In this document: positions 51,949 to 64,000 of the stretch, piece after piece
Numbering within the stretch: position 1 is the stretch's first letter
Layout: each line of letters begins with the position of its first letter
Source of the DNA: Lytechinus pictus
Lineage: Eukaryota
NCBI RefSeq assembly: GCF_037042905.1
Contig: NC_087251.1
Location: 24,988,001-25,052,000 of the forward strand
Direction: 5' to 3'
DNA: 64,000 bases
Translations under genes and position numbers: made by a program
Notes under the pieces: model-generated
The model's input: the letters and a program-made list of their open reading frames with translations, nothing else
Told to the model about the DNA's origin: nothing
Database searches by the model: none

Positions 51949-53597
51949 TCCTTCTCACATTTACATGCATATTTGAGGTACGAAGAAACAAAAACTAAGT
52001 TAAAGATTTCAAAGAATTCAAAGAGATTACCGGTATGCGGAAATCTGCTGTTCTTGATCAATTCATCTACAAATGTTAGCAAGAAAGAAAGGTCCCGACA
52101 ATATTGGCCACTTACACACTCACTCACCTCACAGTCACAGTGTACACACACACAGCATTGCCGTTCTTGTACATGTACATTGCAAACTTCGATACGGTAC
52201 CACTACCATTACATCTTATCAAATTGTGAACTGTGTCTTTCACATTTCTTGCATCACAACCTCACAATCACTTTCAGAATTTGTCTAACATTCGATGGCT
52301 TAGCATGAATTTTGGATATGGGATTACAGGAAGGTTCAAGAAACAAAGAAATTTGCATTTTTTCCACTTGTTTTACGGCTTCGTGCCGTTTCTCTCATAC
52401 GTGGTGCACGGTGTACATGGTATCTTATGAAAAGCAAACAGGAAAGAAAAAAATAAGCTGGCGCGAAACGGGACTTTGAGGGGTTAAAATGAATAGCGCC
52501 AGCTTAAGTCGCACTAAAACCACAATACAATGCAAGCTAGCTCTCGGCTCTTGCTCAGCTGTGACAAATTATTACCGAGAATGCTTGGCATCTCTTTGGA
52601 CTTAGCCAGGGAACTTCGCTGCTTTGAATCGAGAATAAAGTCGAAATTAGTGTCATGAAGGTAGGTGCATTTGTTATGGACACTATTTGATTAAGATCGT
52701 AATAATCGCTTCCCATAACCCGCGGCTCATACCCCTCTAAACGACATTGCCCTGGGCGGCTACGCCCGGCCACTCGATGTGTTTTGAACTGGCAGACTTC
52801 TTACATGTTCGGGAGGGGTTACGCGGACGGGCTCAGACCCGTCACCGTGGATAAACCGCACCCCCGACTTTTGCTTATATCCCGCCGAGAAAAAGGTGCA
52901 GTTAATACACCATTACTTACGGTATGTATAAGAGACACTTGTAAACAAAGATGGATTTCCCTAGGAAATCCATCTTTTAAGATAAAAATCACTTAAATGT
53001 TTTGATTTTAAATTTTTATTTATTTTTACACCTTCGTACGCCTAATGCGTATGAAGGTTTCCAAAATTGGTTAATGAAAAGGCGAAAAATTGAAGGGTTC
53101 TTAACAAATACTAAAATTAAGACGTGATTAGGAATATTTATTATAATAATTATTTATGATCACGTATTGAAGTTTAGTATTTGTTAAATAATTTTTATCT
53201 ATAAATTGTTCTTCAAAACGGCATTTTGTAACATCGCTAATCAAAGGTACGTCAAAACGAAGCGGTTCAAGGGTCAGACCTATTGTATTTGCTTTGTTGA
53301 CAAAGGGATCGAGGGATCTACACAAGATCGGTCTGGTAAGAAACCTTCAATTTTTCGCCTTTTCATTAACCAATTTTGGAAACCTTCATACGCATTATGC
53401 GTATAAAGGTGTAAAAATAAATAAAATAAGAAACATTTACGTGATTTTTATCTTAAAAAATTGATTTCCTAGGTAGGGAAATCCATCTTTGTTTACAAGT
53501 GTCTCTTATACATATATGGCAGGCGGTTCAAGGCTCCATGATGAAGAAGTATATATGTCTAAATATTTAAAAATATCATCATGGAGTCCTCAAGGCT
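51785..53597. mobile_element. Palindromic non-autonomous element interrupted by a nested TA-target element
   Basis: AGCCTTGAGGACTCCATGATGATATTTT...AAAATATCATCATGGAGTCCTCAAGGCT. The left arm resumes at 52925 after the insertion. Confidence 0.88.
51868..52922. mobile_element. Non-autonomous Tc1/mariner-superfamily (pogo/Tc2-like) element
   Basis: TA|CCGTAAGTAACAGTGTATTAACCGCACC...GGTGCAGTTAATACACCATTACTTACGG|TA. No transposase ORF recognised. Confidence 0.85.
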
Positions 53598-56399
53598 TGT
53601 TTTTTTTTAAGACATAGATCTACGCATTTGTTTGTCATGTTTGTATGCAGTGAGGAAGAAAAGTAATTTGTAGAACAGAGCCAAATCACAGCACTGCCAC
53701 CTTAGAAACTTAGAAACTACTATCACTATCATTATCAGAAACCATGTACTTTGAAACTGACATGGAATCAGATTAAATACCGGTAAATGAAATGTCTGGA
53801 AGACTTTTCTGACATTTCTCAAAATTGCATTGATTTGTACAGGACTATGAAATAAAGAGAAATAAAAGTATTCCATCATGGTCCAAAAAGTGGTATTGAA
53901 TGTTTGATGAACAATATACATGTACATTAGATTCAATAAGAATAGAATTTGATTATAAGTGTACAGTTAGGCTATGCTATTAGCTATGGATACCCAAGTG
54001 TAATGCTGAGTGTAATATAAGTAACATTTCTTTAATATTGCATTTTGAGATATCATATTAAGGTTTAATTTAAAATATCATTATACATATTCAAAAGTTG
54101 AAGTACAAAGTTATTTATTAAAAAAAAAATATATCCATTATAGAGATGAAGGAACTTGTTTTTATTCCATTGAAATAGAAATCTTAACCACCTAAGAAAG
54201 TTCCAGTTTAAACAAAACAAATAGTCCTCAATTTGGCAACCCCTTAAAAAAAGACTCATTAAATGCTTTGGCAACATTTTGGAATGTGTACCGGTATTGA
54301 TTACATGTACAATCCAGGTGAAAAAATACATTTTCATGTACCACTAACATGTGCACAAATCTATGATGTATGTAACACTTTAAATGTAATGTTTGTAACG
54401 CCACAATTTTGGCTCTAGAGGATAGTATGCCTCATTTGTTTCTCTAAATTGAACTTTAATCAAATTAACAATTTCATTAGTCATTACCTTTAAATTTATG
54501 GGTAAATTAGTCTACATATAACTTTGTACTTAACTCACATACTTTTCAGTGAATGTGTAATTGTAGGTATGCCAAAAGTCTTGTCCACAAAATGTAATGT
54601 CTGTAATGGTGAGCATTATATGCTGTAACTACCACAACAAGTACTAAAATTGATTGAAACTTGCATTGTTGATAATTCATGGTCAAGTATTTTTGTGATT
54701 CCATGATTTGAGGTCAGAATTGTCTTTAACTATAAATGACCTTTTGAAGTTGCAAAAATTGTCTGTATTGCTGGAACTGCCCATATGCAGCTTTTTTTGT
54801 TCACGATTAAGTTTACTTCTCCTGCACTGCTTTTTGTACTTTTTGTCCAAATCAAGCAAAAGAATATGTCTGTGATAATTACAAATATTGTTATTATTAT
54901 TATTGTTATTATTATTCAATTTGATGGTACAGATTGATTGGCTGAGTCACTCTACATTTGTGACCAGCCACCCCAAACCAGCTAATCACCAGGGAAGGTT
55001 CTCTGTAAATAGCCATAATAATAATTTGATCTTCAACAAGAAAAACTCAAAAAATCTATTGGTAATCTGAAAGAGTAATTCTTTTAATCATTCTGCCGAA
55101 AGTTTAAGATTTTATGGTCTGCTTGGAAGGTTCATTGAGATTGCACATGGTGCACATGTAATGCTTGAGTGAATCTGAACTTCAAACAATGTTTTCTAAT
55201 TTATTTCTTGAAGCTGTCGCTGAGTTTCTTCTACATTAAATCAAGTTCTTAAATGTGGGTTATATATCGTTTGAAAGCTTTGGATGTGATTTTTCAAACT
55301 CAAAATCATTTTGGGTAATTATTTTTATTGTTGGTTTCGGGGAGGCTGGTCACATTTATATCAAGGATGTCTATTGATTTTATTATTTATTGTGTGGTAT
55401 CAGCAAATTGTATTACTTTCCATGAAATCTCAAGATTCATGCTCATACTGACTTTGATACACATTTGATGATGCACAGTCCACATCTGGCCAATGCAGTA
55501 ATGTTAATTTCTTTCTTGTATGCAACTCAGAGACCCATTATTTACATTCTGCACAAACATTAACAGTAGTAGGACTAGCTATTCTCCTACATGTAGCTAC
55601 ACCCTACAAGTGAATGCAGATTTTTTTTTTTTTGAGAAGGGATTGAAATTTTTAATATTACAAATGTCAAGTTGATTGCTTCATATCCAGTAACCAGGCA
55701 ACACTTGAATGACCTGTATCAGGATTCAGGGGGAGGATAGGAAGGGAGGGGTTAAATGGTATTAACCAATGTGTACATTTACAGTATGCTGTAAGATCTA
55801 GGGATGACAAACCTTAATAATACAAAGTGCATACTTCACAAATGAATAATAAGTGCCAAAATATAAGCCCAGATTATGGATCAGCTAAATACTCTATGAC
55901 AAATTTGTATGAACTTATTTGAATTGTTGCCAATGATGGAAAATTGGAATACCTGTAATTGACTAACAATGTGAGTTGATACCACCAACTTATTTTGATT
56001 GCTACCAATATACATGTAGGCCTATATTAAATTTTGCTAATGAAATTTAAAAAATGATGATTGGTAAAAAGGTAATTCCATTTTGACATTTCGTATATGA
56101 ATTAATGAACAACTAAAACAATGATCACCATGTCTATAAAAGGAGCCTCAAATTGGCCCCCAAATCCTGAAAATTCCCATTATGACCTTGTTTACCTGAC
56201 TTGGAGCAGGCACCCTTCCACATTTTAAATTTTATATGTGATATGGTGCTGAGAACGATGTACATGTGTACATGTAGCGCCATTTGACTGGAAATTTATA
56301 TGGCTGTATGTTGAGGCATACATGTAGTGTATGTACGTGTATGAGTACTGAAATAAAACTTGAATTTATCTGTAACTGTTAGTGCGAATGACGATCACT

Positions 56400-56805
56400 A
56401 GGACCCCATTCTCATTACGCTTTCTAAAACTAGTTTACTGGAAACCGGTTCAGAATACCAGTTTGGAAGATCGCTTTGCTAGCGTTCCCATTTGATCCCC
56501 TGTAAGTGGTTTTCAAAATCACTTCACGTAAAGCGATCTTGTTGCTATGGGAATGTTCTCAGTGGGGTGACACGTTTCGTGCGAAATTCGAAACCGCATC
56601 GTAGGCATTCTACACACAGTGTATAGAGCAGCACGCTAAAAATGTGCGAAGATCGCTTCCCGAAGAGAGGAGGTTTTATGAACCGGTTGGGAAGATTGCT
56701 TCCAAGATTGTTTCAACCATTCTCATTACACATTAAACTAGTTTCCACGAAACTAGTTTCCATTAAACCAGTTTTAGGAAGGTACATGTAGTGAGAACGG
56801 TGTCT
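56400..56805. mobile_element. MITE with imperfect TIRs
   Basis: AGGACCCCATTCTCATTAC..CTAAAACTAGTTTA vs TAAACCAGTTTTAG..GTAGTGAGAACGGTGTCT. A CpG-richer block within CpG-poor flanks. Confidence 0.65.
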
Positions 56806-59800
56806 TGGTCCTTCATGTTTGTCTGGGTTTGGGTGCATGTAGTATCTCATTTTTGTGGTTTTTTTTAAGAAAGATAGTTTAAATACTTATTTATGGTCTA
56901 ATCATAACATGCTACACCTCTTTAGATGCAGTTGACAATCCCATGTACATGTAAGCACCAATTGTGTAATTTCAAGTTAAAAAATGCAAAAGCTCCCTAC
57001 CGTAGGAGGGTGGATGTCCCCCTCCTACATCTCCCATCCTTATACATTATCATATAAATATTGTAATTGCAGTATCTCATCCACATTCATATCAAGGAAT
57101 ACTTTTGTCATTGCTATTTGCATTGTAATTAATACAGGTTTACCATTTAAATTAAGTTAGAACAACAATATGTTCTACAAAAACAATTTTAACACAGTAA
57201 CAAGATATAATGATACAGAATAAGTAGTCTTGACTTTTAGGCTTATATGCAGCCTTTACAGATTTGTTCACTCATTTTTTAGTACATTTAGAAGAATCAT
57301 TCAGATTTGATTTGCATAAGTTTTTGAATGGTAAAATGTTCACCAGCAATTTACAGTTCTTTATTATGTACATGTGTATATGTTTGGTGACATGTAACTG
57401 TAAGCCTATATGCCTGCATATCAAATCATTAATGCTCAATGTATCATCCTTCTCCATCAATTAGTGCTAAATTATACATCTCACATCAGCAGAGTGTCTG
57501 TAAAAATACTGCAGATGTGTTTAGAATTATTAGAAGAGAGAAAACAAAATATGCACACTTTTTTAAAGGGTGTTTTGACAACTCAAATGCTTGTAAGAAG
57601 CTTGTACCAAGTGCTGTTAATTCATTGATTTACAAATTGTGTAAGAATAAAAACAAATTACTACCGTACTTTAAATTTCATAGAAAATATTCAAAATTCC
57701 AATCACAAATGGCCTCTTGTAAAATATTGTTGTACTTGGACAACTTGATATTCACAATGTTCATCTGCATAAATAATGTATCAAGGAAATCTTTGACCAA
57801 ATTTGATTTCCAACTTCCTGGACACTGGAACTTCCATGTACATGTACATGTTTGTTGCCTGTCTACTTTAGACCTGTATTACATTTATGTACACTACCGC
57901 ATGATAACTTTTACTACTGAACTGTAAGGCTGCAGAAAACTGTCTGGTCCAGTGCTAGAGCATTGGAAAGATCAAGAGGGGCTTGGCTCATTACCTATGC
58001 ATACCAGCTAGCTGAGGCTTGGGATGGCATCATATGGTATGAGAGGCTGGCCTCCTGGTATCGCATCCATCGAGATGGAGGAGGGTGATGATGTAGTCTA
58101 GACAAAAACACTCCATCACTGATTTAAAACATTTTCATTATATGGGATAAGTCATTGCATTTCATGTTTATTTATATTGCATTATTACTGAATAAAGGAT
58201 TTTAGCAACCCCATACATGTATTTATAAGGAAGTCCAGCCTGACCCTAAGCTAGTTTTTGCAAAGAAGAGAAATTAGAGAAACATATTAATGAAGCTTTA
58301 CTCAAAATCATACAAAGTACATTATAACATGCTAAAACGTAGTTATGAATTTAAACAAATATATTTTGTGACTTTATATGCAAGCAGCATCCTCAAGTAC
58401 AATACAGGTATGTCATGTGCTACAATGTATTATATACTGTAAAGTGTAATTTATTCAGAAAAATGGAATTGAATTTGTAGATACATGTAGTTTATGATGC
58501 TTCTCTGACAAAAAACACACTTTCTATTCAGTCATTATGAATCAGTGATATATTACAATATATGGAAGAGCTGCTTTTTCAGTGTATTTGTCATCTCAAA
58601 ATCAAATCTTAGAAACTTGGTTATTAACTCTTTCAGTCTTTGCTGGAATTTGCCAAACCTTAAATGATGTGTTTCTCTTACTTTCTTCTTTTATTAAAAT
58701 CCAAGTTGATGCCAAGATGAAGCATTACTTAGTACAGGGTCTGTGACACAGACTGAGGAGGTTTAAGATTGGCTGTTGCCTCTATCTGCTCCCTATGACG
58801 TTGTGTGTTGTGAACCGACTGATACCTATCCATTTCTTTAAGTACCAGGGTGCATCTCCAATGTATCAAGCTGAAAATAGGGTCATTAAGAATCTAGTCA
58901 TTTCAATTTCAAACTCTCACTTGACATGATACTATATTTGAGATGTGTACACATTCATGTACATGTACAGGTAGAAATTGATGATGTGATGATATATACA
59001 TGTTTACAGTATGTTATTTATGATTATGCGAGTGCTTCCTATTTTATGCTTTTTTATTGGAATAGGGTACAGATTGCCTTGTAAAATACTTTTTTTAAAG
59101 CAAATTACATGTCTATTTTTTTTTCAATATACATTTCATGTAGGCTCTTCTTTTTATCTTTTTTTTTAACATATATCTGACAAGACAAATACTTTACATC
59201 AGCACAATGGTGGTCTGTTGTAGAAGATAAGATATTTTTTTTTGCAAGGGTATGGGCAATAGTGCACGTGATCATGTAACAAAACAGAGTTATGCATTTT
59301 GTGTAGATCAGTTCTAGGTGTTTCTTTTTTTAGATGTTTCTCATTGAAAAATTTACTAACATTTTCATATGTTGTCACTGCATTGCACCTTGAACAAGTT
59401 GTGTACACTGCATCGTCACTTTGATGTGTTACAGCTTCATATGTAACACATAGGAACATAATCCTACCTAAAGGCAAGCCTACAATGTATGACTCAAGAT
59501 AAAGACCAAGGTTATTTAAATGGCATAGACGCAAAAGAGAGCACTGATACAGTGAAGTGAAGTAGATAGTCTGTGCCTGTCATCATGGGCTATCTAGCTG
59601 GAAGGCTGTATAGGTCGGGTCGACATACCCTGGTTCTTACATTACTGCACACATCACTTCTCAGTAGATAACAGACCAAGGAGACATCTCATCCCGTTAG
59701 CTTCACCATCAAATAGTCCAGTACTAACACCCTCATCTACATGTAGCTAGTTGTAAATATTGTCTACTCCCTTCTTCTTGAGTCTGTGTTTGAAAGTATT

Positions 59801-59820
59801 AAAGAAGAATCAAGAATCTA

Positions 59821-59875
59821 TTTTTGTCTCACCTGCATAGCAGAGTGAGACTATAGGCGCCGCTTTTCCGACGGC

Positions 59876-59906
<31 letters not shown>

Positions 59907-60814
59907 GCGGCGACGGCGGCGGCGGCGTCAACACCAAATCTTAACCTGAGGTTAAGTTTTTGAAATGACAGCATAACTTAGAAAGTATATGGACCTAGTT
60001 CATGAAACTTGGCCATAAGGTTAATCAAGTATTACTGAACATCCTGCCTGAGTTTCATGTCACATGACCAAGGTCAAAGGTCATTTAGGGTCAATGTACT
60101 TAGACCATGTTGGGGGAATCAACATCAAAATCTTAACCTAAGGTTAAGTTCTTGAAATGTCATCATAACTTAGAAAATATATGGACCTAGTTCATGAAAC
60201 TTATACATAAGGTTAATCAAGTATCACTGAACATCCTGCATGAGTTTCACGTCACATGACCAAGGTCAAAGGTCATTTAGGGTCAATGAACTTTGGCCGA
60301 ATTGGGGGTATCTGTTGAATTACCATCATAACTTTGAAAGTTTATGGATCTGATTCATGAAACTTGGACATAATAGTAATCAAGTATGACTGAACATCCT
60401 GTGCAAGTTTTAGGTCACATGATCAAGGTCAAAGGTCATTTAGGGTCAATGAACTTTGGCCAAATTGGGGTATTTGTTGAATTACAGCCATAAATTTGAA
60501 AGTGTGTTGGTCTAGTTCATAAAACTTGGACATAATAGTAATCAAGTATCACTGAACATCCTGTGCGAGTTTCAGGTCACATGATCAAGGTCAAAGGTCA
60601 TGTAAGGTCAAAGAACTTTGGCCACGTTGGGGGTATTTGTTGAATTGCCATCATATCTCTATAAGTGTATTGGTCTAGTTCATAAAACGTGGAAATAAGA
60701 GTAACCAAGTATCACTGAACATCTTGTGCGAGTTATAGTAGTTTTCAAAATCAGCACTGCTGCTATATTGAATCGCGTGATGCAGGTGAGACGGCCAGAG
60801 GCATTCCACTTGTT
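59821..60814 (+). mobile_element. Helentron-associated (HINE/DINE-like) element with microsatellite and internal tandem array
   Basis: TTTTT-GTCTCACCTGCAT (59826) and ATGCAGGTGAGAC (60780) subterminal inverted repeats, (GGC/GAC)n at 59868-59927, four ~162-192-bp units each with CAAGGTCAAAGGTCA, and CTTGTT 3' end. Confidence 0.85.
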
Positions 60815-61507
60815 ATCTTTGGAAGACATCATTGGAAATAGAGAAGTCAATGTTTGTGAATGTCATCACCTTTTTGTGTTACATGTATTAGTCTCCGCTT
60901 ACTTTTGAGGAATAATAGGGATATAATATTGGATTTTATATGCTATCATACCATCAAAGTTAACCAGGATTCATTAGTCTACAGTGTTAATCTCATCTTG
61001 ATCAACAGCGTGTAATAAGGTACAGCATATATATATATTTTTATTGTTCAGGCATGATTTATTTTTCTGTGAATCAAAATAAGTTTGATTGCTGATGAGA
61101 CATTCCGCAACTGTGTGCATCTCTAGTGTACATATGTATAAGCTTCATACATGTACTTGTATTTTTTCACCATTTAAATATTTCAAAATAAAAACAAAAT
61201 GTGAAAGTTTCCCTCAGCCTAAGCCAAGTCCTAAACCTGAAATATATACATATGGAAGAAAAAAAAAGAAACAAATTGATTTTGGATCCATGGACTGCTA
61301 TACCACCAGTCCACACATCACTGCTGTGCTGAATCAGAGCTCCATGCTCAGAGATGGTTCATTACAAATATACCAGGAGTTATGATTATATTTCACATAC
61401 AGTCTTTCTATAAGTTTGGTCTATATACCGTCTATTTAAAGTCAATCATGTGCACAGGATAAACTGTAGTTTCTTCATAATCATTACTCTTGATAATGGA
61501 ACGTTTT

Positions 61508-61862
61508 GGCCCAAATTCACAAAGTGGTTTTTAAAACCATTGGTTGAACTCATGGTTTATGCATATTTCCTGAAAAATATATGCTATTTTACAGCATATT
61601 TGAAAATGTCCAATGCTGATGCGCGCTTTTGTCGTGCAGTGAAGAGTGGACTCATTAATTTATAACAGTGGACTCATGAATAAAATAGCATGGATAACCA
61701 TGGCAACAGGCGTCAATTTAGCGCAATCTGACAAAAGTGTGCATCAGCATTGGACATTTTTTTGATATACGCGGTAAATAAGCGTAATTTATACCGTAGG
61801 AAATCTGCATAAACCATGGGTTCAACCGATGGTTTTAAAAACCACCTTTGTGAATTCGGGCC
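61508..61862. mobile_element. Palindromic MITE
   Basis: GGCCCAAATTCACAAAG.GGTTTTTAAAACCAT...ATGGTTTTAAAAACCACCTTTGTGAATTCGGGCC. The arms extend almost to the centre. Confidence 0.88.
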
Positions 61863-64000
61863 TTTTGTGTTTTGCTAATCACTTCAGCTCACAGAGTAAC
61901 AACATATGAATTATTTTGAATATATAATTGAAATGGGAGTTCATTACCACTCATTCTTTTTTATCCATCTTTCCCCATCACATACAGTGACAAATAGTGG
62001 TTTACAATACATCTAGGCCTACATGCAGTAAGACAAGCATCTGCTATTAATTTTATAAGAGGGAAACCTTGATTTTCTTTATCCAAATTCCTTCTTGTAG
62101 AGAAATTCACATTTGGCTCTTGTTTTATAGAAGAATGTAAACTGTAAAGCATATAAAATAGTTACCTCTTGATTTCAGGTGATGAGAAAAGCTATCACCT
62201 TTACCAGTGGTGATTGTCAGTAAATACTATAAACTGATTAGTGTTATAAGGGCTGAGTCATTACATATTTGTTTTACCAGTGAGTGACCGCCAGTGATTT
62301 TTTTTGTTGTTGACTACTAAAAAAACTATAAAAAGTTCAATTTCACCAATTATATGAATATCAACCACCTTATTCGTTGTCTAGGTCTGAAGTTATGACT
62401 ACATATTACTACATGTATGTATAATGTATAATAGAGCAATGGGAATCATCTGGATATTTCAATTTTTTTGCATGAATTTATTGGCCCAGAACAAATTTCA
62501 ATGATAGACACATGTGTCATTAAGGTTCAAGGAATGGATGGATGCTCTTTAAATACATAAATATTTTTTAAATATATATTTTAAGGTCTTTGTTGTCGAC
62601 CTGCCATTTTTTAAGGAATTATTCCCAGCCTTGAAAATATGTACATGTAAAAGGTATGTCAATTGACAAACAATCGTTATGCTTCTAAAAATAAACATGA
62701 TTATTTACCAGTGTTTTTCAGCTACAACTACAGTTTGATTACAATAACATCAAGAAGACCTACATGTACAGGTATGTTTGAGGCTTAGAGAAGCCGTGTT
62801 AGGGAGTTTTTGCTCCTCGAATGCACAGCAGATTAAAGGACATGTATAGAAAATATATTGTCAAATGCTCTCCATGATAAAGCATTTATAACCAAGAAGT
62901 CATTGATAATTGGTGAATCAAAACAGCAGTTTTGTCCTGGGCTCAGGAAAAACGACATATTTGCAATTTTTTGTCAGCTCCGAAACTGATGACGAAACTG
63001 CTATTCCGGTTCCCTAATTTTCGACAAAGACCTCCCAGCTAATCTTTGTCACTAATTTTTGGCATTTTTAATTTAGGTCTTCTGTGATTTTGTCTCTTGA
63101 ATGCACTGTGTGTTGTGGAGAAAAAAACTCCTTTCTATCAAATGAATTGATAATGAAATTACAAAGTAATTTTGTTCAAGTACCTGTAGTGTTGGATTTA
63201 AATATATCTACTATGTAAATGGTGAGCAGTTTAGTACATGTACATGTATATCATGTCCTATCTAGTAATCACAGTCAGACAGTATACCAAGAGCAGATGT
63301 ACTATCAGGATAAGACAACACAGCCGTTTGGCATGCCAGCTATGTGAATCCCTGTTGGAGGCCCTCTCGTTTTGCTCTTTCTATCACATGGGTTTTCTCT
63401 CTATTTTTGTGCACTATTCAATTGTCACTCTTCACTGTTTTGTCATTAGATGTAGATCTTTCTACTCTGTCCAATTTATTTCTGAAGATCTCATTTAACA
63501 GCACTTTGCTCATTGGAACACCTACATGTAGGAACATCTGCTCATACTTGTAAAACATAGGACTACCCGTACTTTATCTCTTGCGAATGATTGATTTATA
63601 ATATTACAGAATCAACCAAATTTGCTCCTCTGTAATTTCAGTCCTTTACTTTTCACTTTTGTCATTTTTCTGAAAAATGTTTGTCTATGCTACATGTAGG
63701 AGTAACTTATTACGGGTATTTTATGAGCTGAATGTGTTTATGCTCCCCACTCATTCACCCTTAAGTAGGATATTGACTAGATAAGGAGCTATTGAACAAA
63801 TTTTGTTATTTACAAATGTATTTTATATGTAGGCCTACATTCGTAATTTTTTTAAAAGTCATATTCTGAAATACAGCACTTACAGTATTGTACGCCTACA
63901 AAAGCTTGTTGTACTCAAGCAAATGGGAGGCTGAATGACATACATTTGTACCGTTGCACACGTAGCGTCCAAAATGTAACACTCATTATGTACCGTTGCA

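Overview
AT-rich eukaryotic genomic DNA with spliceosomal introns. The repeat repertoire resembles an echinoderm/sea-urchin genome (inference). No prokaryotic features or CRISPR arrays were seen. Two spliced genes can be reconstructed by hand. The first is a + strand ATF3/JDP2/Fos-family bZIP gene: join 8871..8875, 21838..21941, 22715..23184, 26314..26421, 27273..28325, giving 579 aa; the two 5' exons are inferred from splice signals and phase compatibility. It has a CRE-rich promoter, an intronic CRE cluster, a uORF-dense leader and an unusually long acidic C-terminus. The second is a - strand TRMT112 gene (4 coding exons, 123 aa). A probable third gene starts at a CpG-rich promoter near 51.2 kb and runs off the window. 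The remainder is mobile DNA: a 5'-truncated CR1/L2-group LINE, two tRNA-derived SINEs, many non-autonomous TIR elements (8-bp, TTAA and TA target duplications, several nested), two Helentron-like elements and a ~4-kb foldback palindrome just upstream of TRMT112. The most notable unexplained signals are a LINE 3' stem-loop whose 22-nt loop is conserved while its stem is largely replaced, a multi-hairpin GC-rich island in intron 1 of the bZIP gene, and ~30-bp insertions with 7-bp direct repeats.
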